Shown here in pieces: positions 51,401-62,043 of a stretch of DNA of 64,000 bases. A model generated the notes under the pieces. It saw nothing but the letters and a program-made list of their open reading frames with translations, ran no database searches and was not told where the DNA came from. The first letter of the stretch is position 1. Every line of letters starts with the position of its first letter. Origin of the DNA: Owenia fusiformis (Eukaryota); NCBI GenBank assembly GCA_903813345.2, contig CAIIXF020000001.1:2542001-2606000 (forward strand). The letters are read 5' to 3'. Made by a program: the position numbers and the translations under genes.

Positions 51401-54400
51401 CCTCAACAGCTGAATGATAATGTTCAAACTGCTTGTATTGTACAAGAAGATATTCTTGATGGTCCTGATTATAACTGTGTTGCCACTGGATGGGGTACAT
51501 TGTCATGTGAGTTATTGTGGCTTCTTTTTTAATGTCATTGCATACTCTTACATGTAAAACAACATTCTTCTCTCTATTCTCATTACTACTGCTAAATTCA
51601 TTTGAAAAATCATGTATTACCCCACTTCATGTATTACACTTTTATTTATCTTTCTTAAATACCCATGGGCAATGGGACACAAGTCTATCTTATTATTTGC
51701 TATATTAAATATATGATCGTAACAAAATTCCAGTTCAAGGGAGTTCATCTGAGGTTCTCATGAAAGTTGGTTTGCCTATTCTTCCAAGACAACAATGCTC
51801 TGAGGCATATGGGAATTTCTTCACTGACACCATGATATGTGCTGGTTTTATGGAAGGTGGAAAAGATTCATGTCAGGTAGGTTTTTGAATGCTGATAAAA
51901 CTTTTGTTCATATGTCCATATTTGGAATGCTATTATACATAAACTTATATACTATACTGTATGTAGCCTCAATTAGTGTTAATTAATTGTATATTTCATA
52001 TTTCATTGCAGGGTGACTCAGGAGGCCCATTGGTGTGTCAGTCATCATCATCCCCCTCTGCACCTTGGTATCTTACTGGTATAGTCAGCTTTGGCAACGA
52101 ATGTGCAAGTCCCGGGTATCCTGGTGTCTACACACGAATAGCAAATAATGAGATTCAAAGCTGGATCATGGATAGATTGACTGATCAGCCAGCGCCAACA
52201 GTTGATCCAAATGATCCATGCTCAAATATTGTTGAATTTACTGAATCCACTGGTGTCATCAAGACAAATGGTTATCCCAATAATTATGATAGTAATTTAG
52301 AATGTAGGTGGTTGATAAGAGGCTCAGCAAACCAGGTTTGTTATTATATATTAGTCATCATATTACGTTATGTTTTAGACTGATATAAATATGGCAAACT
52401 ATGGTAGAATTTATTATTTTCTCTCAGTCCAAGACACGTAAAAGAGATTGATTGCACGGCCATCTTCATTTCAAAATTAATCATATCGTCCTTTAGCCTG
52501 TGCAAATTACACTTTCTTTAGAAGATTGTATGCTGAGTGACACAATCACTTGATAATGATTTAGAAAAAAACTGGATCAGTCGTCAGATCATCATTCATT
52601 TTTACAGAATGTAAGGCTGGAGTTTACTGCCTTCGACATAGAAGATGATGGTGACTGTGGATATGACTCTGTGAGTCTGTTTAGTTCAAATGCAGCAGAT
52701 GAAGCAAACAAACTGGGAAGCCTCTGTGGTAACTCAGTAAATCCTTCAGTTTATACATCTACTGGGAGTAACATGTTTGTTCTGTTCAAGTCAGATGATA
52801 GTCTTGTGAAATCTGGTTTCCGAGCTGAATATACTCTTGTTGCAAGTAAGTACATAAAATATTTATGAATGTGTATAAGTATGACATGTATATTGCACTA
52901 ATATAAAAATGTTAAAAGATTTATTGTATCAGACAACATTTTAACCCTAGCTGTACATTTTACGACCCTTGATAGCAAGTTGCTGCTACGGCCCAGCTGT
53001 AGTGGCTTAAGCCTTTATAGCTCAGTTGGTAGAGCATCAGACTTTGGATCCAGGGGTCCTAGGTACGATTCCCACACGCGGCATTGAATTTAGCACACTT
53101 TCTTTCAATTTCTTTATCTGGCTTGTTACACTATGCTTGTTAGTTAGTTATTCATGGGGCATTCGTTACATTGAACCTAGGACCCCTGGATCCATTACAT
53201 ACACATAGGTTTTAGGCCAATATAAAGATGGCAGCAGTGGTACTATTTTATTATGTAAGTCAAGGAGGCCGATTAGCTCCCAGGATCCAAACTCGATATT
53301 TTCAAACAATGAAATTGTCGAAATTTCGTTATTTTCTGATTCAAATCAATATCTCAATCATTTCTTGTGAGTTTTGTAATTTTTCCTTTGGAAATTAGAC
53401 TAAAATTCATGATTCAAATGTTGAAATGAACAAATTGGTAGCTTTTTAAATTCGAATTTGTAATCATGACATGCCCATATATGGCAAAAATATTGATGTT
53501 GTACTCTGGGAGCCAATCCTTATTGATGCAAAACATTCATTGCTCTGCCATCTTTATTTGAAAATAATTCCTATGGCCCTTTAGCCTATGTTTTAACATC
53601 TGATTCCTTAATCCTGGTGCTTGTGTTTTAGATGGACCCTCCCCCACTTCAGACCCAACACAACCACCTTCAACTGGTCAATGTGGCAGTCCAGCCATTG
53701 CACCCAATTTACCAAACACAGTCCGTGGCTTTGAAGATTCTGTCAGTAAGGTGGTTAATGGAGAGGATGCTGTACCTCATAGTTGGCCCTGGCAGGTTAT
53801 GCTCACTACATTGAATGGAAGACACTTCTGTGGAGGAAGTTTATTGAATAATTACTGGGTCATCACAGCTGCTCACTGCTCAGTCAAGTTGGTATATCTA
53901 CATAGATTTAAGGCAGAGATAAAGATGGCAGCTGTGTTAGAATTTTATTCCATAATATGTAAAATTGATTGCACTGCCATCTTTATTTGGAAATTGTTTC
54001 TATTGCTCCAGCCAATATTACTATTAGGGTAATTCTAATAATTTCTGATATCCTACTGCCAGAAATATATTCTTCATGCAATCTCTCATATGTGTGGAAT
54101 TCCATGAGGTTATGGAAATGATTGAAAATGAAATGTGATATTTTAAAATTTCCTAGACTTTTTGTGTGAAATTTCATTGTTGTCACTCGTCTAGTTTAGG
54201 AGATATAGGTGTTGCCTTCTGGTCTCCTTCTTTTAGGTCACCCTGTATTGATAAATTAAATGTAATCTTCTCATGGTTCCCTCAATATCCACGCATGATA
54301 TTGCTGACTGACTCAAAATCTTGTTTCTTTCTGATGTGCTACTACTTCTAACCAATTCACAACTTTGAACCATTTTCAATTTTATAGTCAACGAGAAGAT

Positions 54401-57400
54401 CAGGTGTTTGTTAGAGTAGGAGAACATAGCAAAGATGCTTCAGAGCCAAGCCAAAGGAACTATGCTATCAACAGATTTGTCATACATCAACAGTACATCA
54501 GCAGAACCCTCAACAATGATATTGCTCTATGGAGGCTTGAGGAACCTGTACAGATGTCAGATGAAGTGAGTTCAGTATGCTTGCCTGACACAGGGGATGT
54601 CCCACCTGGCACATTCTGTATGCTCACTGGATGGGGAACTATTATAGGTACAGTGGTAGAATTTTATTTTAGAAGATAATATGAAAATAGATTGATTGTA
54701 CCGCCATCTTTATTTAAAGATAACCTTTATTGACATTGAGCCTATGAATGGAATCTTTAGTTTTTATTAGCTTCCAAAATAGTTTTCTTTGATTTAATCA
54801 GAGGGTGGAGCTACTGCAAGAATTCTCCAACAGACAGATCTTCCAATTGTAAGTACGCAGGAGTGCAATCAAGCGGACTGGTATGATGGAGATATTAAGC
54901 CTGGAATGGTTTGTGCTGGCCATGAGGAAGGAGGAACAGGTTCTTGCCATGTAAGTGAGAACAACTAGAGACCAGAAATCCTCAGTCCATTATTCTCTTA
55001 CTATGACATCAATATCTCTATGGTTACATAAGTTGATTTAGGAATTCTTTAACATTTTACGAAGTTTCTGTAAATAGCTCTGAATTCCTTTTAAAAAATC
55101 ATGGATATCAACTTAATGCTAACAATTATTATATGCTTATATGCAGGGAGATAGTGGTGGCCCCTTGGTGTGCAGATATCCTGATTCCAGCTGGGAGCTT
55201 TATGGTATTGTAAGCTGGGGAGCAGTATGTGCTGGGGCCAAAACTCCTGGAGTATTTGTCAGAGTGCCTTACTACATGGATTGGATTAATCCAAGACTGA
55301 CATGTAAGTATTTGTTCTTGTGATTTTACAAGGTTTTGGGCAGATTTAAAGATGGCAGCAGAGGTCGTATTTTATTAAAAAGAAGATAATGTTAATTAGA
55401 TCAATCGCACTATCATCTTTATTAAAAATTATTTCTATTAATCAAGCCTATGTGATTTTGGTTCTCAAAAAAGTTAAGACATTATTAGCTTTAGTAATGT
55501 ACTCCTTGGAAATCCTCAGCTTATTTAATTATGTTCTCTATTTAGTACCAGCCCTGCCCCCTCTCCCCGAGGCTTGCAGTAGCCAAGTTATTGTGTCTAC
55601 AACAGAAGACCTTGTCTTCCCACGATACTACGACTCTCCCAATGAAGATGACATGTACAGGAACCAGCTGACTTGTGAATGGTTAATACAGGCACCACCT
55701 GGAGAGGTATATGCATGTTCCGTGTTTCAATGTTTTTTCATTGTCTTTCATATCAGGCACTATCAGGCACTATCAGGCACTATCAGGCACTATCAGGCCT
55801 CAGGTTGGGCCGGGCTGTAATGTCAATCTTCTAGCTTGGATGATACCATGAGTACAAGTGAAAAAATAAACATTATAATACTGAATCAAGTGTATATGTT
55901 TCTTGTTAATATATTGCTTAACCATTCTGTGATGATTTATGGTTCATGGTTCAAGGGCTAATGATTAACAAATTAGCCAATCAATTAATCTATCAACAGG
56001 AATAGAATGTAATCTTCCAAAATTACAACTTTATTGCTTCAAGTGAATATGTAAGTCCCCTGGGGTTGAACTAGACAAAATTATCATCTTTCAATTGCAA
56101 TTCAATAATTAAATTTCAATATATGGAGGAAATAAGTTCTAACTTGTATACACTGCCCGGGCAACGATACTCAACGGTGAACAACACCACAAACGAGCGT
56201 TCGATTTGCTAAACGATATGCGTCACCCTTTAATGACCTGATTGGCTTTCATGATCTTTAGCCTTGGAATTATTGTATCCTTTGATATTTTCTTCACAAT
56301 AATTCAAAGAGCAGATGTGAAACTGTGCAATACTTTTTTTAGTGATAAGACTGAATTTTCTTTGCAGAATGTTATATTTAGCATCTACAGTCTCTCTGTT
56401 GAATATCACGAGCAATGTTATTTTGACTCCGTAAGTCTTTATGATGGTTCATCAGAGCAAAATACACAATTAGGAAAACACTGTGGCACTTCACCTCCAC
56501 GCACAAAAACGTCGACAGGAAGGAACATGCTAGTAGTGTTTAAGTCAGATGGGTCTATAGGAGGACGAGGCTTCAAAGCATCAATATCTTTTACTGGTGA
56601 GAAATATTCCAATCCAATTTTTTACCTTAAAAATTATTCATATTTGATGTTTTATTGATGCAGCATGTACATTAATAAAGTATTCTATTTTAAAGGGTCT
56701 TTTCATGATAAAACATTATAATTGGAGCAGGATCCTTTAAATCTTAAATTAAAATTGTCTTTTGGAAAATTTTGACATGTCTCTCTCACCATGTTCATTT
56801 TTTGATATTTTGAACTAGTGGTGTTGTATTGGTTTCAGATGATACAGGAACAACAACGGCCCCTGTAACAACAACAGCCCCTGTTACAACAACAGCCCCT
56901 ATAACAACAACAGCCACTGTAACAGAACCCCCAGTCACCAGTCCATCCACCACAGATTCCCCAGTTACTAACCCACCTAGTACAGGTTTCAAAGACTCCT
57001 GTTTGCGCATACACAATTTGAAGAGAGCCCTTCATGAGGACACACCTAATGTGATATACTCCGACACACTTGCAGTTTCTGCCCAAACATGGGCAAATCA
57101 CCTAGCTGCTACTGATAGCTTTGAACACTCAAGTGCTGACAATTATGGAGAGAATTTATATCGCTCTTCGAGTACTCAGCCATTAACTCCTGATTATTGT
57201 TCAACGGCAACTTCAATGTGGTAAGAACAGTTTTTTGTATGGGAATTTGAGGTATAGAAAGTACTAACTAGAGTACTGCCTCGTAATGCCAGGTCTACTT
57301 TATCTTATGCCATTGTGTGATTCATACAGTTTTACACTTAGATATCAGGAATATGCAAAATGACACATTTCATTTAGGTACTGAATAACAATTAGTTTTT

Positions 57401-60400
57401 GTCTTTACCCAAAGTATTTTTGAAAGGGGTATACTGTATAAATCAACTGATTTCAAATAATATGACTCATATTAATTCACACAGTTATACTTCCAGGTAT
57501 GATGAAATAAACCAGTATGACTACAATAACCCAGGATTTAGTGGAAACACAGGTCATTTTACACAGGTAAGTACAATAAAATAGAGTTTCAATTCATCAT
57601 AACTATTTAATTTAAGCTAGTGTAGTACTAATAAGTTAAATAAACTTGCAGTCATCAGGGTGTGGTATCAGGCCTATTGGTGATATATGAATGTTAATCT
57701 CTTATATGGTTGAAATAATCAGGATTTTTTTGGCCATGGTGCATCATTAGGATTTTAGACATGCTGGTCAAAGATGAACTATGGGCCAGTAGCAATGTAA
57801 TTTTTCTATACATGCTAAAAAGTAAATTGCACCTTGTTTTTGTCTTGCTGTAGGTTGTTTGGGCAAGCACATTGGAGATTGGATGTGGAGAAACCATATA
57901 CACTACACCTGATGGTAGTTGGAACAGAGTTGTGCTGGTTTGTCAGTACAGTCCACCTGGAAACTATGGGAACCAATTCACCAGTAATGTTAAACCACTT
58001 CTTTCAGGTGATTCCTAGCTTTTGTTATACAATTTTATACACAATTTTGTTATTCAATTTTACAATGTTTGCATTAATATTCCTCATTGACATTGAGTGT
58101 AAAGGCTGATCAACTATTGTGTGGTCCTTGGAATAACTCCTTTAATCTTCTAACAATCTTACTATACTGTTACACTTGTAAGTATATATCCTGACATTTA
58201 CTACATCTACAAAGGATGAGTCTGGGAATGAGTCTGGGTATCGACTTAGAAAATATTGAAAATTGTTATGTCTGAAAAACCAACTCAATCACACATATTA
58301 TTAAACTTCAATATCTTATCCTTCTTCTGAGAGTACAAAAATATCAATTTTTATCACAATTAATGAAAAATATTGGCATCAAAGACAGTGCATATCACTT
58401 TGTCAGAATTGAAAAAAAATCAATGGCAAATATTAAATGAATTATTTATACAAAGGGTTTAAAACATATCCTCCAAAACATTGCTTACTTTCTTTGTATT
58501 ATGACATTGAATGGCATTTCTGGATAAGTGAATTGGTGTTTATCTGGGTAATCAAGGGATTATAGTCACTCAAAGTTACTGAGCATCCAGTTTTGAGACT
58601 TCAATTGTGTTAGTGAAGTTACACATATTTCAGTCAAATTCATGCTGAGCACAACATTCCGGTTTCAATTTTATAATCTCTATACATGACCCTGGTGATG
58701 AAGAGTCAGAATCAGTCAAAAAACCTAAACCGGAAAACTGTGCTCATTGTGAAAACTAAAAGTGAAGCAACTTTTTTCTGATATTTCTTACATCAAATGG
58801 CAGCCATCTTGTTTTTTCCCCTTCAAATTAAACTGGCGGGAAATTCAAAAATTTGAAAAAAATTTTAATCCTTAAATATATTTCAAAAATATGATTTTCT
58901 TTTAAATTCTTCATGGGTCTTAAGTTATTTCTTCTTTGCAAGTCATACATGTTGCCATTGATGTTTTTATTCTATGATAATGACTACTTTTTTTTGTTAA
59001 GATACTTATTCTGACTCTCAGCAGGGGGTTAATTATGCATCAAAACTCGTGAAAAAGTAAATAAACTTATCAAATATAACTAGGACAGTAATAAAAAACA
59101 TATTTAACATACATTTGACTGAGGGACCAAAAGGTCCCTATATCTTGGCACTGGTAGTTTTAAGAATATAGTATTTTGTTATTAATAGTGCCAAAGCCAG
59201 AATCTTGATTTATGCAAGGCAAATTACTACTAGATATACATGTAGTAAGGCCAATAAGAGTGCTTAAGTATTATTCAAAAACTATGTTGATAGTTACTGT
59301 AAAATTTTTATGAGGAATCTGCACCCTAATTGAGATCATTTTACCAACTAATTCATTTCAATTTCAAAATCTGATACAACCAAACTACAGCATCAATTTT
59401 TATAAACCAGTAAAATGTTGATATCGTCTTTTTCATCATGTTCATTTAGTTGATATTTTGAACATGTTGTATTGGTTTCAGGTGATACAGGAACAACAAC
59501 AGCCCCTGTAACAGAACCCCCAGTCACCAGTCCATCCACCACAGATTCTCCAGTTACTAATCCACCTACTACAGGTTTCAAAGACTCCTGTTTGCGCATA
59601 CACAATTTGAAGAGAGCCCTTCATGAGGACACACCTAATGTGATATACTCAGACACACTTGCAGTTTCTGCCCAAACATGGGCAAATCACCTAGCTGCTA
59701 CTGATAGCTTTGAACACTCAAGTGCTGACAATTATGGAGAGAATTTATATCGCTCTTCGAGTACTCAGCCATTAACTCCTGATTATTGTTCAACGGCAAC
59801 TTCAAAATGGTAAGAACAGTTTTTGTTTGGCAGTTTGAGGTATAGAAAGAACTAACTAGAGTACTGCCTCGTAATGCCAGCTCTACTTCATCTTATTCCA
59901 TTGAGTGATTCATACAGTTTTACACTTAGATATCAGGAATATGCAAAATGACACATTTCATTTAGGTACCAAATAACAATTTGTTTTTGTTTTTTCCCAC
60001 AGTATTTTTGAAAGGGGTATACTGTATAAATCAACTGATTTCAAATAATATGTAAAACTCGCATTAATTCACACAATTATACTTTTAGGTATGATGAAAT
60101 AAACCAGTATGACTACAATAACCCAGGTTTTAGTGGAAACACAGGTCATTTTACACAGGTAAGTACAATAAAATAGAGTTTCAATTCATCATAACTACAT
60201 AATTTTAGCTATTGTAGTACTAGATTAGTAAGTTAGATAAACTTGCAGTCATCAGGGTGTGGTATCAGACCTGTTTGTGATATTTGAATGTTAATCTCCT
60301 ATATGTTTTCAAATAATCATCTAATTCATATTAAAACTCCTTCATTCTTGTCATCTGGGCTGGTACTGTAATTGCACCATTGTTACTATGCTTCCTAGTT

Positions 60401-62043
60401 CATGAGTAAGTTTGAAAACATAATTGCCCAATTTAACCTATTGACATGCAGTCCATTGCCCAAAAGGCAACTCATTTTCCAAGTTCATTACCAAGATTGT
60501 AACTGATTGCCAGTCAGGCAACTGTGGGTCTAAACCTTGTCATTGTGTTCCTTTATTACTGTTAGGCTATAATGTTGAATGTAACTGATTAGACACTGTC
60601 TGTGTCATCACTCATGATTCTTTTGGCCAGTGTGCATCATAAAAATTTTAGACATGCAGGTCAAAGATGAACTATGGGCCAGTAGCATTGTAATTTTTCT
60701 ATACATGCTGAAAAGTAAATTGCACCTTGTTTTTGTCTTGCTGTAGGTTGTTTGGGCAAGCACTTTGGAGATTGGATGTGGAGAAGCCATATACACGACA
60801 CCTGATGGTAGTTGGAACAGAGTTGTGGTGGTTTGTCAGTACAGTCCACCTGGAAACTATGGCAACCAATTCATCAATAATGTTAAACCACTTCTTCCAG
60901 GTGAATCCTAGCTTTTGTTATTATTATACAATTTTGGAATACAATGTTTGAATTAGTATTCCTCCTTGACAGGAGTTCAAAAGTTGATCAACTATTGTGT
61001 GGTCCTTGGAATAACTCCTTTAAACTTCTAACAATCTTACTATACTGTTACACTTGTAAGTACATATCATGACATTTACGACTTCTAAAAATTTTGTCCC
61101 TATATTTTGGCACTGGTGTATAGTTTTAAGAATACAGTATTTTGATTATTAATAGTGCCAAAGCCAGAATCTTGATTTACACAAGGCAAATTACTACTAG
61201 TAAGGCCAATAAAACTGGTTAGGTTTTATTTGAAAACTATGTTCAATATGTTACTGTAAAACGTTGGTGAGAGATCTGCATACTGATTGAGATCATTTTA
61301 ACTAATTCATTTCAGTTTCAAAATTTGATACAACTAAACCACAGCAAAAACCAAAACTGGTTAATACAATTTTTATAAAACCAGCCGTATAACATTGATT
61401 TATTTTTGTTTCAGTTGAAACATGTGGAGTTGGCATTGTGCCCAATGGCAGAATAGTTGGAGGATCTGATGCAGTGCCGTACAGCTGGCCCTGGATGGCG
61501 ATGCTGACCACTGACTGGGGATCACAATTTTGTGGCGGAACTCTCATTGATAGGAATTGGGTGATAACGGCTGCTCATTGTACATCTGGGTAAATATATA
61601 ACTGCATACTAGATGTTTCAGTCTTTTTGACATCCTTGTATGCTTAGTCTTCCCTGCGTTCAGACCAATGGAAGCCAGGTAAATGAAGATGTCTTGGAAG
61701 GTTCTGCCCATGATACCAAAGTCTTAAAATCACATTGACCCTCATATTATTAACAATATTATTCTAATACCCTAAAATTGTTTCAGAATGGACCCCTGGG
61801 ATGTGATTATAAGACTAGGTGAATACTCGAAGACAGATGATGAACCCCTGACGCAAGTAATTCCTGTCATTCAAATCATTAATCACCCTGAGTATGACCC
61901 TGAAACCACAAACAATGATATATCCTTGCTGAGACTTGGAGATCCAGCTGAGCTGAATGGTTATGTTGAGAAGGCATGTCTTCCTGCAGCAGAGCCTGAA
62001 CCAGGACGTGAATGTGTCGTAACTGGTTGGGGTACCACTGAAG
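45500..62043 (+). CDS. Ovochymase-like secreted polyprotease, 3'-partial (>=1611 aa): SP-CUB-CUB-Tryp1-CUB-Tryp2-CUB-Thr-rich-CAP-Thr-rich-CAP-Tryp3
   Basis: 24 in-phase GT-AG exons: 45500-45584, 47448-47572, 49488-49725, 50139-50278, 50409-50661, 50823-51045, 51244-51506, 51734-51876, 52012-52335, 52608-52845, 53632-53887, 54388-54647, 54802-54950, 55147-55303, 55546-55706, 56368-56596, 56839-57220, 57497-57566, 57854-58007, 59482-59809, 60089-60158, 60747-60900, 61415-61589, 61787-62043. Protease motifs: R|IVGG, K|VVNG, TAAHC, DLAML/DIALW/DISLL, GDSGGP. CUB motifs: CxWxI, FxSD..GF. CAP motifs: HNxxRAx[22 protein letters not shown]. Confidence 0.9.
45718..46160. mobile_element. Transib-like MITE (CAC termini, 5-bp TSD TGTAA) in protease intron 1
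   Basis: TGTAA|CACGCCCGGTGAT(T/C)GTACAAAAATGATGG ... CGGGCGTG|TGTAA; ~48-bp TIRs. Confidence 0.8.
46240..47256. mobile_element. CAAAGGAT..ATCGATATGG-family MITE with a nested TTAA-flanked insertion (~46290-46545)
   Basis: Reverse-complement relative of ~22481-23213, which lacks the insert at tctcttaa|accagtcatc. Confidence 0.7.
48770..49170. repeat. ~91-bp intronic tandem repeat (~4.5 copies)
   Basis: Recurring gcattttcaaaaagctttacattggccatattcctttacattcttggacttag. Confidence 0.85.
53011..53083 (+). pseudogene. Degenerate tRNA-Lys-like sequence (pseudo-tRNA or SINE head)
   Basis: GCC...ATAGCTCAGTTGGTAGAGCATCAGACTTT closely follows the eukaryotic tRNA-Lys(TTT) 5' half. The anticodon stem, T-loop (GGTACGATT) and acceptor stem are damaged. 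Confidence 0.6.
55751..55798. repeat. 10-bp minisatellite (TATCAGGCAC) x5
   Basis: Read directly from the sequence. Confidence 0.9.
56790..61345 (+). repeat. Recent intragenic tandem duplication of the three-exon Thr-rich+CAP module, including introns
   Basis: ~56790-59400 vs ~59435-61345: exons near-identical, introns alignable apart from copy-specific indels. Confidence 0.9.
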
